A model generated the notes under the pieces. It was given only the letters and a program-made list of their open reading frames with translations. It was not told the origin of the DNA and did no database searches. Of a DNA stretch of 64,000 nucleotides, positions 28,986 through 38,174 are shown piece by piece (the first letter of the stretch is position 1; each line of letters starts with the position of its first letter). The stretch is from a phage, in the sequence record OZ335963.1, one strand, 5' to 3'. The translations under genes and the position numbers were made by a program.

Positions 28986-29505
28986 GTACCGTCTTTAACC
29001 GTTCTTCAAACTTCCGAAGAGTATTTTGGCGTTCAGCTCTTTGCTTTTTGTAAGTTTCAATACGCTCTGAAATGAGAGAGTATCGTTCATTTACTGATTC
29101 TTTCATAAAATCAGGAATTTCACGAGAAGCTTTAATCTCGTCAAATTTATCAATAACAGCTTGCTCTTCAGCAATTAAGTTATCATACATTAAAATATCT
29201 TTCTTGATGAACTCAATATCTTCTTGAGTTACACGAGATAATTTAGATGCTTTATCCTTTTTGTACTGTTCGTTAGTATCACGAGACCAGTGTAATGTAC
29301 GATTTTTATTCGTATTTTTGTAAATTTCTACAATACCGATCTCATCAATAATAACGATCCAATTCCAACGGGATTTGTAAATTTGTCCTCCATCAACAGT
29401 GATTTCACCTCCGATTGAGATGTCATTAAAGAACTTGCTTTGTGCTTCAGATTTAAATTTACCATCATTGTAATTTACCAAGTTGAAAATATCTTTAGCG
29501 TTCAT
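28978..29505 (-). CDS. hypothetical protein
   Basis: 175-aa ORF with helical C-terminus, directly downstream of an early promoter. Confidence 0.55.
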   Translation of the reverse strand: MNAKDIFNLVNYNDGKFKSEAQSKFFNDISIGGEITVDGGQIYKSRWNWIVIIDEIGIVEIYKNTNKNRTLHWSRDTNEQYKKDKASKLSRVTQEDIEFIKKDILMYDNLIAEEQAVIDKFDEIKASREIPDFMKESVNERYSLISERIETYKKQRAERQNTLRKFEERLKTVLA

Positions 29506-29520
29506 TTTCTGTTCCTCCGT

Positions 29521-29572
29521 AGTTGATAGAGTAATAATACCACAGAGGAACAGTCTTGTAAACCACTAAAAG
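29521..29572 (-). promoter_or_regulatory. T4-type early promoter
   Basis: Minus-strand GTTTACAAGACTGTTCCTCTGTGGTATTATTAC, same core as the promoter at 4200. Confidence 0.65.
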
Positions 29573-29880
29573 AAACTTCTTTCACAATTTTTTCCACTGA
29601 ACCATGCACTTACCGCTTTCTTAGTCTCAGGAGCAGTGTTATCCATAAACCATTCAAAGGCAGCCTTTTTATGATTCTGGAGGGCTTCTCGGGCTTTAAT
29701 CTGTTCACGGTCTATTAACACTAACATATGAGCCTTTCTTGTCACCATGGGCTTCTTATGATTTTTTGAATACTCCCAATCATTTGTCCATCGCATTGTC
29801 GTTGCGAACTGAAATACTGCTTCTTTAATTTTAGTTTCGTAAATTTCACGAGCCTTTGAGTATAACATCACTACCTCCAT
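29566..29880 (-). CDS. hypothetical protein
   Basis: 104-aa ORF. Confidence 0.5.
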   Translation of the reverse strand: MEVVMLYSKAREIYETKIKEAVFQFATTMRWTNDWEYSKNHKKPMVTRKAHMLVLIDREQIKAREALQNHKKAAFEWFMDNTAPETKKAVSAWFSGKNCERSFF

Positions 29881-29969
29881 TCACCAGTTTAATTCTAGTC
29901 ATCTTTTTAATGGCAGTCCATATAATCTATTTCTGAACTGCCTTTTTGTCATAGAAGTCCTCTTATGAA

Positions 29970-30956
29970 TTATTTCAGAAGAGTAACCTCAGCGATTTCT
30001 TCCCAACCGTTTTTGTCGGTCATAATAAAGTCAGCAAGATAAAGAGCAGTACGCAGTGAAACATTGCGTAAACGATTAACATTAACTTTCATCCATGATA
30101 ATGCTTTATAAGTTTCTTCATCAGAAAGACCGCGCTTTTGCATCATGTCAGTTGAAAGAATAACATCTTCAACCCTGACCATAATTTCTTCATTAGTATG
30201 AACACCCAAATCCAAATAAACCGAGCGGGACACTAATGCTTGTAAATGTGGAGCAAGTTTAGTACCACGGTCTAATTCGCGGTCAATGTCAACGTTTGTG
30301 ATAAAAACAATCGTTCCTTTAAATTCAAACTCACGCTCAATGCCTTTTTCTTCTAAGTAAGAAGACGCAGTGCTCCAGCAGACTTTACGGGTCTCTCCAG
30401 TGTCCAGAGCAGCTTTTAGAAGATTAAGAATGTCCATATCAGAGAAAACATCCACATCATCAATCAAAAGGACAGAATTCTCTTCACGATTATTCCAAAG
30501 CTGTTCATAAAGACCAATACCAGAGATTTTACCATTAATGCTTTTATATTCAATGTATCCAATATCATTTGCTTTATTCAAAGCTTTATCTAAAGAATAC
30601 GTTTTACCAATACCTGCTGCGCCAGAGATAATTAATGAACGAATATTTCCATTAATAATACCATTCGTCATCATTCCCATAACATTAAATCTTTTATTAA
30701 TGCGGGTTTTCATATCTTCATACGATTCTTTAACTTCTTCAACTTTTACACCATCATATGAAATATCTGATTTGTAAACCCAAACACCGCGACGTTTACC
30801 GTCAATTTCAACAAAAACTTTACCATCTCCTTGTGCATCTACCGGAGCATTATCTGGGAACCATTCGCCTAAGAGCTCAAAAGTTCCAGAGATTTCTTTA
30901 CCGAAGTAGATACCCTTATTGATAGTTACAGTTTTCATTTTATTCTCCAATTTCAC
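29970..30956 (-). CDS. P-loop ATPase
   Basis: 328 aa; Walker A GAAGIGKT and Walker B VLLIDDVD preceded by about 100-aa N-terminal domain. Confidence 0.6.
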   Translation of the reverse strand: MKLENKMKTVTINKGIYFGKEISGTFELLGEWFPDNAPVDAQGDGKVFVEIDGKRRGVWVYKSDISYDGVKVEEVKESYEDMKTRINKRFNVMGMMTNGIINGNIRSLIISGAAGIGKTYSLDKALNKANDIGYIEYKSINGKISGIGLYEQLWNNREENSVLLIDDVDVFSDMDILNLLKAALDTGETRKVCWSTASSYLEEKGIEREFEFKGTIVFITNVDIDRELDRGTKLAPHLQALVSRSVYLDLGVHTNEEIMVRVEDVILSTDMMQKRGLSDEETYKALSWMKVNVNRLRNVSLRTALYLADFIMTDKNGWEEIAEVTLLK

Positions 30957-30962
30957 ATTTGT

Positions 30963-31015
30963 TTTGATAGGGTAATAGTATCACACTACTACCCTACTGT
31001 AAACAATTTATTTTA
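30963..31015 (-). promoter_or_regulatory. early promoter
   Basis: Minus-strand GTTTACAGTAGGGTAGTAGTGTGATACTAT. Confidence 0.5.
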
Positions 31016-31271
31016 GTGTTTGCCAAATTTTTACTGCTTCGCGACGAGATACTTCTACAGCTCCAAGTTCTACGGCTTTTTGACGTCGGCGAGCATGTAA
31101 GTCATAATGTTTAATGCGTTTATCTTGAAACCAAGAACGTTTCATTCCTATTGCTTCTGCCATTTCATGGAGCTCTTCAATATCTCCATCAGTGAACATA
31201 TGACAATTTTTAGTTAGATGACCGCGAAGTTTCCATCCATGATTCATTAAAACATCTACGTAAACTGTCAT
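31008..31271 (-). CDS. hypothetical protein (conserved small protein, possible DUF4031-like)
   Basis: 87 aa, MTVYVDVLMNHGW...HMFTD...ELHEMAEAIG...HYDL pattern; family assignment from memory only. Confidence 0.45.
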   Translation of the reverse strand: MTVYVDVLMNHGWKLRGHLTKNCHMFTDGDIEELHEMAEAIGMKRSWFQDKRIKHYDLHARRRQKAVELGAVEVSRREAVKIWQTLK

Positions 31272-31417
31272 TGATTCTGCTCCAAATATGTTTCTATAAT
31301 TTTCTGAGCGAGATAAACTGCGTTATCTTCAGTTGCGTCTTCTAAGAAATTTTCAAAATAAGCTGAAATTTCTTCTGTGTCAATCAACTTTTTTACTTCA
31401 ATTAACGTAGTTTTCAT
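31268..31417 (-). CDS. small ORF, 49 aa
   Basis: Start at MKTTLIEVKK directly downstream of the 31441 early promoter; the longer 105-aa ORF reads through that promoter. Confidence 0.4.
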   Translation of the reverse strand: MKTTLIEVKKLIDTEEISAYFENFLEDATEDNAVYLAQKIIETYLEQNQ

Positions 31418-31440
31418 TTTATTCCCCAAATCCGTATCAG

Positions 31441-31502
31441 TTGATAGTTGTATAGTACCATAAAGCTTTATGCTTGTAAACCGTTTTGTGAAAAAATTTT
31501 TG
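31441..31502 (-). promoter_or_regulatory. T4-type early promoter (repeat of the module at 4200 and 46308)
   Basis: AAAAATTTTTTCACAAAACGGTTTACAAGCATAAAGCTTTATGGTACTATAC on the minus strand. Confidence 0.7.
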
Positions 31503-31512
31503 AAATAAAAAA

Positions 31513-31530
31513 GGGAGCCCGAAGGCTCCC
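31513..31530 (-). terminator. C(UUCG)G hairpin terminator
   Basis: GGGAGCC-UUCG-GGCUCCC followed by U-run. Confidence 0.7.
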
Positions 31531-31532
31531 TA

Positions 31533-32543
31533 TCATTTATAATAACTTCGGTGGTTTTCAAGATAAACCCTCTCAAGGAAGTCATCCCAGAAACCCATGT
31601 CTACTTTTTGCTGCATACCGTTCTTAGAAGCTTCAATAGATGCTGCTTCTACTTGATCGACCACATCTTCCAAAAACTCTTGAACAGTTTTAAATGGATG
31701 TTTACCCAACTTCACGTCGAGAATAAATGGAGCGTCTTGAAGTGGATAGACTAAGTCACCAGTTTTGTAAATTTCCAATAGTTGGAGTCCGCCACGACAA
31801 GCATGACTTAGAGCTTTCCAGTCAATGCCCTCATTCGCTTCAGCCTTACGAGCGCGTTCGCCGTATTCAGCATCTAATTTGTTCAGTGACTGCTTAAGCT
31901 CGATAAGAGAAAGCGTTGTCTGATATTTACGGCCCAACACAGTGTAGAACGTTTGTGGGCCTGTTTTCTCATGATTATGGAATACCCATTCACAGAATTC
32001 GTTCTCTGGAAGACGATGCTTAATATCTTCAACTTTAGTTCGACGCTGCTTAATGGAACCGTCTTCTTGGTAATCAACCCATTGCTCAGGGATTTGATTA
32101 ACTACTTTCAATACATCACGCAATGCGGCCAAACGAGAACCCTTGACACCATATTTAGAAGCTTGCTTGCGGACATATCCTAAATAAGATTTCATGTTAG
32201 TTGTATAAAAACGAGAACGATTGTCTTGAATAAATTTCCATACATCAGGCAAATCAGATTTAACTACCAGTTCAGGTGGAGTGTGAAGCATATCTAATGC
32301 TACGGTTTCACCATCTACTGCTAATTTAAAGAAATATTTAAGACTGTATAGTTCATGGTCAATATCATCTTTAGTGTTTTTAGATGATGTGTTGTTGGTA
32401 TTTTTACTCATATGCTCTTTAACATTTCCGATAAGAATATCACGAGCAGGAGGAACAAAGATTTCTTTAAAATCTACATCAGATTCTGGTGTAGAAGTTC
32501 CATAAAGATGACTACCGAAATAGCTTTTCATTACTGTTTTCAT
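31533..32543 (-). CDS. putative nucleotidyltransferase (Pol-beta superfamily)
   Basis: N-terminal YFGSHLYGTSTPESDVDF fits the hG[GS]x9-13Dh[DE] NTase signature; 336 aa. Confidence 0.55.
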   Translation of the reverse strand: MKTVMKSYFGSHLYGTSTPESDVDFKEIFVPPARDILIGNVKEHMSKNTNNTSSKNTKDDIDHELYSLKYFFKLAVDGETVALDMLHTPPELVVKSDLPDVWKFIQDNRSRFYTTNMKSYLGYVRKQASKYGVKGSRLAALRDVLKVVNQIPEQWVDYQEDGSIKQRRTKVEDIKHRLPENEFCEWVFHNHEKTGPQTFYTVLGRKYQTTLSLIELKQSLNKLDAEYGERARKAEANEGIDWKALSHACRGGLQLLEIYKTGDLVYPLQDAPFILDVKLGKHPFKTVQEFLEDVVDQVEAASIEASKNGMQQKVDMGFWDDFLERVYLENHRSYYK

Positions 32544-32986
32544 TTAACATCCTTAAATTCTATCATAGGGCAGATTTTAGATTTACTAGCTTTAAGGTAT
32601 TCAACGATTACACTATTAGGATGTTCAATACCGTTTTCTTCGTCTTGTTGACGCTTCCACGCTCTATCATACCTGACTCCTTCCCATAAACCTGAAATCT
32701 TAGCTACAATATATGCTATACCTACTGCAATAACGACAATCGTAGCAAATATCAGTACACCAAATACGGTTCCGCCTGCGTGTAGAAGCCAGAATCCTGT
32801 AACACCAAATTGACTTAAAATAGCTTGTCCTACCACCCAACTACCTAATAGCCCCGATGTGCAAATAACACCGATAACTAAGAACGTCCACGCCATTTTC
32901 CAGAAATATTTACACAAAGAATTCGGACGCTGCCAGTAAAAGAAATCATGCATACGAACGTGCCAAGAGTTTTCATTAATAATCAT
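32540..32986 (-). CDS. membrane protein
   Basis: 148 aa, three predicted hydrophobic helices. Confidence 0.55.
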   Translation of the reverse strand: MIINENSWHVRMHDFFYWQRPNSLCKYFWKMAWTFLVIGVICTSGLLGSWVVGQAILSQFGVTGFWLLHAGGTVFGVLIFATIVVIAVGIAYIVAKISGLWEGVRYDRAWKRQQDEENGIEHPNSVIVEYLKASKSKICPMIEFKDVK

Positions 32987-32988
32987 AA

Positions 32989-33510
32989 TTATCCTTTCAT
33001 TGAAGGTGTAACAGTTGTTAAATACTTAATCATAGCTTCAGCTTCTGATTTTGATAATGAAATTTCTCCATTGTTTTGACGAATAGAAATAAAATCCGGA
33101 TGATGGTCACCACCAGCTTTTAAAATACACATATAAGTATCAGTTTCATCTTCAATATCTGAAATGATTGAAGCAGTTCCACATGAATGTGGTTTTTGAT
33201 AAATCAATACAGCTTTTCTTCCACCGTTTGACTGTTCATAAACTTTTAACACATCAAACAAATCACTTCTTTTATCAATAGCTAAGATGTTGTTTTCATC
33301 TTCAATGTTAAATCCTTCGGATACTTCATAAAGTGTCACCCATAAATCACCAATATCAATAACAGCGTTCACTTTTCCATGACTTTCAAGAGCATTACAA
33401 ATTTTCTTGATTTCATCATAACTCATTTTAATAATATCATCTCCTTGAATAAAGAAGATGTCATTTTTAAATTCAACACGAATTAAACCACTTCCACTTG
33501 AAATAAACAT
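32989..33510 (-). CDS. hypothetical protein, paralogue of 33517-34083
   Basis: 173 aa; C-terminus SEAEAMIKYLTTVTPSM resembles DEAIALKTYLDSVIPTM in the neighbour. Confidence 0.55.
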   Translation of the reverse strand: MFISSGSGLIRVEFKNDIFFIQGDDIIKMSYDEIKKICNALESHGKVNAVIDIGDLWVTLYEVSEGFNIEDENNILAIDKRSDLFDVLKVYEQSNGGRKAVLIYQKPHSCGTASIISDIEDETDTYMCILKAGGDHHPDFISIRQNNGEISLSKSEAEAMIKYLTTVTPSMKG

Positions 33511-33516
33511 ATTTCC

Positions 33517-34083
33517 TCACTTTGAAATCATAGTTGGAATGACAGAATCAAGATAAGTCTTTAGCGCAATAGCTTCGTCTTTGGTAAATGTGACAATATG
33601 CGATCGAAAATCGTCAATTTGACGAATAGTTAAGACATCTCCATCTTCATAGCATTTTGACACATTTAAAACAGTTTCATCATTTTGATCGCACTGATCG
33701 CAAGCGTTAGTAATAATAGCATTGCAATTTTTGAGCCATTTTAAACTATGTTTTCTTTCATTAGAATAATAAAAATATTTAATGTAAGTTATAAAATTAT
33801 CCCAATTATTAATTGATAAGCACATTGACTCACTTTTAATATTAAATCCTGGGCATGAAGAATAAAAATGAATTTTGTGCTCATCATTGATGCTTACTAT
33901 TTTATCAGTATAAGGATATTCAATTTGGGTTAAATGAATGATTTCACTAGGCATAAAATACAGCATATCGTCTTCTTGTGTCAAACGATACATGTTATTT
34001 ACTTTTTCTATAGCCAATTCACCAAAAAGCGGACTAACTTCTAATACTAATCGTTTCATATTGATTCTCTTCGACTCACTCAC
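33517..34083 (-). CDS. hypothetical protein, paralogue of 32989-33510
   Basis: 188 aa; Cys-rich (CDQCDQ). Confidence 0.55.
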   Translation of the reverse strand: MSESKRINMKRLVLEVSPLFGELAIEKVNNMYRLTQEDDMLYFMPSEIIHLTQIEYPYTDKIVSINDEHKIHFYSSCPGFNIKSESMCLSINNWDNFITYIKYFYYSNERKHSLKWLKNCNAIITNACDQCDQNDETVLNVSKCYEDGDVLTIRQIDDFRSHIVTFTKDEAIALKTYLDSVIPTMISK

Positions 34084-34189
34084 AATTACATACTCCTTTG
34101 AATAATATCAATAATGTTGTTCACCAGATTATAAGTAAACATTGGATAATTATATTGAATCATCACATACACAACAAACAAAACTTTCA

Positions 34190-34250
34190 TTCTCTTCTCC
34201 TTGGCAGTTGACAAGATTACTATATCATAACCTTGCCAACTTGTAAACCA
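34190..34250 (-). promoter_or_regulatory. candidate early promoter
   Basis: Minus-strand GTTTAC, 18-nt spacer, TATAGT. Confidence 0.4.
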
Positions 34251-34413
34251 TTAAATGACGTTTTCAATAAAATTCTGAAGCTTTGTGTGAGCATCAACCA
34301 TGATTTTCATTTCTTCCTTTGCGAAAGCTGTACCTCTTTCTCGAGCAGAATACTCATAGTCAGAAACTGCATTAGCATATTCTTCAATTAGCTTCATTAA
34401 AAACATCTGCTTT

Positions 34414-34608
34414 TCAGTTTTCATTATTCCACCTAATCATTTCAAGATATTGAACTAACTTAGCTTTGGATTTATCCAAATCTCTTTTAGCTGCTTCTAT
34501 ACCGTCGTATGAATATCCTTCACAATGCTCAACTGCCAATTGGTATGAATCTATTTCAATATCACGTGCTAATTTGATGATTTTTTCAAACTGTTCGCGT
34601 GTTAGCAT
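34414..34608 (-). CDS. hypothetical protein
   Basis: 64-aa ORF. Confidence 0.45.
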   Translation of the reverse strand: MLTREQFEKIIKLARDIEIDSYQLAVEHCEGYSYDGIEAAKRDLDKSKAKLVQYLEMIRWNNEN

Positions 34609-34610
34609 AC

Positions 34611-34829
34611 TTAAACTCTCGTATTATGATTGATAATTTCATCAAGAAACATGTCTAAAGCTTCTACAGCATTATCAACTTTAGCTTCAAGTTCTTCAAT
34701 GCCTGACGAAGCAAAGTTAATGCGTTCCTCATCTGCTTTGCGAATTAAAGCTACCAATTCTTTAAATTTATCTGCTTGTTCAATGCTAATCATTATTCCA
34801 CCACGTATGAAAGAGAGAATATTGCACAC
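34611..34829 (-). CDS. hypothetical protein
   Basis: 72-aa ORF; start may be the internal Met at 34793. Confidence 0.45.
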   Translation of the reverse strand: MCNILSFIRGGIMISIEQADKFKELVALIRKADEERINFASSGIEELEAKVDNAVEALDMFLDEIINHNTRV

Positions 34830-35026
34830 GCCATATGAGTTGCAGCTTCATCACACATATCATAACGTTTCTTAAGAAGTTCTACAAGTTCTTCACTAGT
34901 AACTTCATCCATGTCGACGAAAAAATCACCATTAATGATGACGTAGATATTTCCTTCTTGATTGAGTGCTTCAATTTTCATGATGTTCTCCTCTTTATCC
35001 GATAGTTGTATAGTATCACAGCTCAA
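34793..35026 (-). CDS. hypothetical protein
   Basis: 77-aa acidic ORF. Confidence 0.45.
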   Translation of the reverse strand: MSCDTIQLSDKEENIMKIEALNQEGNIYVIINGDFFVDMDEVTSEELVELLKKRYDMCDEAATHMACAIFSLSYVVE

Positions 35027-35052
35027 ATGGAAAGTAAACCGGTAAAATGAAA
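35001..35052 (-). promoter_or_regulatory. early promoter
   Basis: Minus-strand GTTTAC...TGTGATACTATAC. Confidence 0.5.
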
Positions 35053-35055
35053 AAA

Positions 35056-35071
35056 GTCTCCCGAAGGAGAC
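35056..35071 (-). terminator. C(UUCG)G hairpin terminator
   Basis: GUCUCC-UUCG-GGAGAC followed by U6. Confidence 0.7.
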
Positions 35072-35076
35072 TAATG

Positions 35077-35463
35077 TTATTCGAGGGAAAGAAGATATTT
35101 GCTCTGGTAAAACATCCCAGTAATATCATCTATCGTGCTTTGAATGGCTGGAGGCATTTCTTTATAAATGCTGTTAGATTGGTCTAGTATGTGATCAATC
35201 ATTTTAATTGTGTCGGTAGGAAGTTTACTAGCATCTGGAATTGAAGGTGTGTATTTTCTACCAGAATACCCCAAATATTGCTCACCAAATTTATCAATCA
35301 AATCTGGCAACTCAGAGAAAATAAAATCGTATGCTTTGTGTCTAGCATAACTTTTAGTTTCAAAATGCGCAGAATGAAAATAAGCTTGTGCAGCCATTAA
35401 TAAACCTAAGTATTCATCTGCCTTTGAAGGTTTTCCACTTTGTGAAAAGTCGCTGAATTTCAT
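35077..35463 (-). CDS. hypothetical protein (rI.-1 position)
   Basis: 128-aa ORF directly downstream of rI. Confidence 0.55.
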   Translation of the reverse strand: MKFSDFSQSGKPSKADEYLGLLMAAQAYFHSAHFETKSYARHKAYDFIFSELPDLIDKFGEQYLGYSGRKYTPSIPDASKLPTDTIKMIDHILDQSNSIYKEMPPAIQSTIDDITGMFYQSKYLLSLE

Positions 35464-35753
35464 TCAGTCTCCAATTTAATGTTCATAATTCTAGCGTATG
35501 ATTGTGCCATCTCCGCGCCTCGCTCTATACATTCAAAATCGGAAGAGCACGGGTCATTTTTATAAGTCGTTCGCATAAAACTATAGAACTGTTCAGATGA
35601 TTCTACGCTTTTATTTTCAAAAAGCATATAAACGTGTCTAATACCAGATTCCATAAATTTATCAAAATGAGGATCGACATTCGCTTCAATTGGTGGAGAC
35701 AAAGCAAACGCTAATCCTAGCATGGCAAATAGTGCCGTTGCTTTTAAGGCCAT
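35460..35753 (-). CDS. rI: lysis inhibition regulator RI (periplasmic antiholin)
   Basis: 97 aa with N-terminal signal-anchor MALKATALFAMLGLAFA; T4 position near tk. Confidence 0.85.
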   Translation of the reverse strand: MALKATALFAMLGLAFALSPPIEANVDPHFDKFMESGIRHVYMLFENKSVESSEQFYSFMRTTYKNDPCSSDFECIERGAEMAQSYARIMNIKLETE

Positions 35754-35765
35754 AAAGGCCTCCTA

Positions 35766-35978
35766 TCATTTTTGTCCTGTATTTACTTTATGCCGATGCA
35801 CGGCCTTAACTTTATCAAGGTATTTTTCAAAATTTCGCAATCTAGTATAGTCTGCCGGAGATTGGTTGAGTGATACTTCTCGACGCAAAGCTGAAATGAT
35901 ATTTCCAACTTCCCTACGAATTTCATCTAATTGAAGAACAGTAAGATTGCGAAGTTGCTTTTCAGTTAATTGTAGCAT
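35766..35978 (-). CDS. hypothetical protein (rI.1 position)
   Basis: 70-aa ORF. Confidence 0.5.
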
Positions 35979-36020
35979 ATATACCCCTTTAGTTAGATAA
36001 ACCTATTTATAACTTTTGCA

Positions 36021-36602
36021 CTAACCGAGCTTTTTAGTTAATTCATTCCAATGTTTTCTACACAAAGAAACATAAATTTCATCACCAATACAGATTTGAT
36101 TACCTTCTTTAACTGGCGTTCCATCTTCCATTAATCGAGCTGTCATAATAGCTTTTTTACCACAATGACAAACTGCTTTTAGTTCAATAAGTTTATCTGC
36201 AATCGCCAAAAGTTCTTTAGAACCTTCAAATAATTTTCCAGCGAAATCAGTCCTTAGCCCATAAGCCATAACAGGAACATTATATGTATCAACAATTCGG
36301 CTTAATTGATGCACCTGTTCAGTTTTTAAAAACTGGGCTTCATCTACAAATACACAATGAATATCTTTTTGTGCTTCAGCCCATTTATAGAACTCAAAAA
36401 TATCCATATCATCCGTAATAATATTCGCTTCCTGTTTAATTCCAATGCGAGAAACGACTTCACAGACAGAATCACGAGTATCAATAGCAGGCTTAAGAAC
36501 TAATACACTCATTCCGCGTTCTTTATAATTATGCGCAGCAGTCAAAAGAGAAGCAGATTTTCCAGCATTCATTGCTGCATAAGTAAAAATTAAACTCGCC
36601 AT
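36021..36602 (-). CDS. tk: thymidine kinase
   Basis: 193 aa; P-loop GKSASLL and C-terminal zinc-ribbon cysteines typical of type II TK. Confidence 0.93.
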   Translation of the reverse strand: MASLIFTYAAMNAGKSASLLTAAHNYKERGMSVLVLKPAIDTRDSVCEVVSRIGIKQEANIITDDMDIFEFYKWAEAQKDIHCVFVDEAQFLKTEQVHQLSRIVDTYNVPVMAYGLRTDFAGKLFEGSKELLAIADKLIELKAVCHCGKKAIMTARLMEDGTPVKEGNQICIGDEIYVSLCRKHWNELTKKLG

Positions 36603-36611
36603 ATCACCTTC

Positions 36612-36797
36612 TTAAAGCGTATTCACATAAGCTATTAATTCGTTTTCTTTCTTATCAAACCGATCAGCAAATTCTTCTTGCTGATCGGGAGATAGCGGGC
36701 CATATTCATCATAAAAGGTGTTTGCTTCTGTATGCTCATCTAGAAGTTCATGGATAAGCTCAAACAATTTATCTTTTTGTTCTTTACTCAGACTCAT
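36612..36797 (-). CDS. hypothetical protein
   Basis: 61-aa acidic ORF. Confidence 0.45.
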   Translation of the reverse strand: MSLSKEQKDKLFELIHELLDEHTEANTFYDEYGPLSPDQQEEFADRFDKKENELIAYVNTL

Positions 36798-36967
36798 ATA
36801 TTAATTTCCAGGAGTTTTAAAATAATTCGCTTTTGCTTAAATATTTCCACAGTTAAATGATCAGTATCTTTTTGACCGATTCCAATGGCAAAACCTTTAT
36901 TAACAGCGAGTTCAATTAAATTATCAAGTTCACGTAACACTTCATATTGTAGCTCAGAACTATTCAT
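36797..36967 (-). CDS. small ORF, 56 aa
   Basis: MNSSELQYEVLRELDNLIEL...; ATGA-type overlaps at both ends; not in ORF track. Confidence 0.35.
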
Positions 36968-37176
36968 TTCGGTTTACCTTCTTTAACGAAATCAGGATAA
37001 GGATAAAATCCTGAATAAAATCCTTCACCTTTATGATTGATACATCCTTTATTAGAACAATAGCACCAATAATCGAAATCACAAGCCATTTCATCATTAC
37101 ATAAAGCAAAAACAACCGGCCATTCGCACTTTTCGCAGTGGGCATTTTTAAGAATACTAGTTTGACTCATAACCAT
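36964..37176 (-). CDS. small Cys-rich protein
   Basis: Start taken at MVMSQ; nine cysteines in 70 aa (CEKCEW...CNDEMACDFDYWCYC...CINH). Confidence 0.45.
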   Translation of the reverse strand: MVMSQTSILKNAHCEKCEWPVVFALCNDEMACDFDYWCYCSNKGCINHKGEGFYSGFYPYPDFVKEGKPK

Positions 37177-37379
37177 GTAACCTTTAAGCAATATTCTTCT
37201 ACGTGCTGTTTACGACCTTTCTTATCAATAAAGGTATATTCAACGAATGTTCCAATATAATCTTTATCTACATCATGCGGACTATTAATTGGGCATTTAG
37301 TACGGCAAATGCGTTCCCATTGACGAATAATTTCCACTTTGTTTTTAGGATCAAACGGATGCGGGTAATGTACTTTCAT
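37167..37379 (-). CDS. hypothetical protein
   Basis: 70-aa ORF. Confidence 0.45.
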   Translation of the reverse strand: MKVHYPHPFDPKNKVEIIRQWERICRTKCPINSPHDVDKDYIGTFVEYTFIDKKGRKQHVEEYCLKVTWL

Positions 37380-37830
37380 AATCCACCACTATTAAATCAA
37401 TATCAGGAGTAAACATGTCGATTAATTTAGAAACCTTATCCCAATCACCGCCAGCAATACCACAACCTATGCGTGGAATGTAAATTACTGGTTTAAACAA
37501 AAGGGTTTCTGCCTGTTGATTTAATTCTATCATACAGTTTACTAAAGCACCATAATCAAGATTAGGACCCGGTTCGTATTGCGTATACAGGTTATAGCAT
37601 ATACCAAATCCCGTAGGACTATGTTTAAAAACAATAGACATATCGCCTAATTTATCGCGAGAACCGTACTCGGTAGTGGTTTTATCTATTTCTAAAATTT
37701 TGGGATAGGCTCTTGCTAATTGACCTGCTACACCAGAGCCCATTGTGTGGAAGCAATTGCACCCGTGCGCAATAATATTACCTTGAAGAAATAGGGCGAC
37801 AATATCGCCCTTGATATATTTTACAATCAT
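37351..37830 (-). CDS. macro-domain protein (ADP-ribose binding/processing fold)
   Basis: KGDIVALFLQGNIIAHGCNCFHTMGSGVAGQLARAYP and IYIPRIGCGIAGGDW resemble macro-domain motifs. Confidence 0.6.
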   Translation of the reverse strand: MIVKYIKGDIVALFLQGNIIAHGCNCFHTMGSGVAGQLARAYPKILEIDKTTTEYGSRDKLGDMSIVFKHSPTGFGICYNLYTQYEPGPNLDYGALVNCMIELNQQAETLLFKPVIYIPRIGCGIAGGDWDKVSKLIDMFTPDIDLIVVDYESTLPASV

Positions 37831-38174
37831 CTAGTACTCAATCCTCGATTATAAGAATCTACTAAACGGTCAACCATTGAATGACAAGCGGCTTTATCTT
37901 TCTCCTCCGCAACTGAACATTCTAAGGTATTCCACTTTTTAGCATATCGTTTTAACAATGTATCATTTTTATATCTGCTTGATTTATCTCTTTCTCCGTC
38001 TTTATATGCATATATTAATTTCTGTGCAAATTCAGCTTGGCATGCTTTATTTTTCCCGCAATAATCCGCGGCAGTACGGTTTACATACTCTCTAATTTCA
38101 GTATATGATGTATCTGCTGATGCAGAAGCAGAAAATGAAATTAATCCTATACATAAAACCAAAATTTTAGTCAT
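37827..38174 (-). CDS. secreted small protein (signal peptide)
   Basis: MTKILVLCIGLISFSASASA signal peptide; 115 aa with four cysteines. Confidence 0.5.
   Translation of the reverse strand: MTKILVLCIGLISFSASASADTSYTEIREYVNRTAADYCGKNKACQAEFAQKLIYAYKDGERDKSSRYKNDTLLKRYAKKWNTLECSVAEEKDKAACHSMVDRLVDSYNRGLSTR

Noticed and set aside
36960-37145. 61-aa ORF
   Set aside because: Alternative frame over the same DNA as the Cys-rich ORF 36964-37176, which has the better coding signal.
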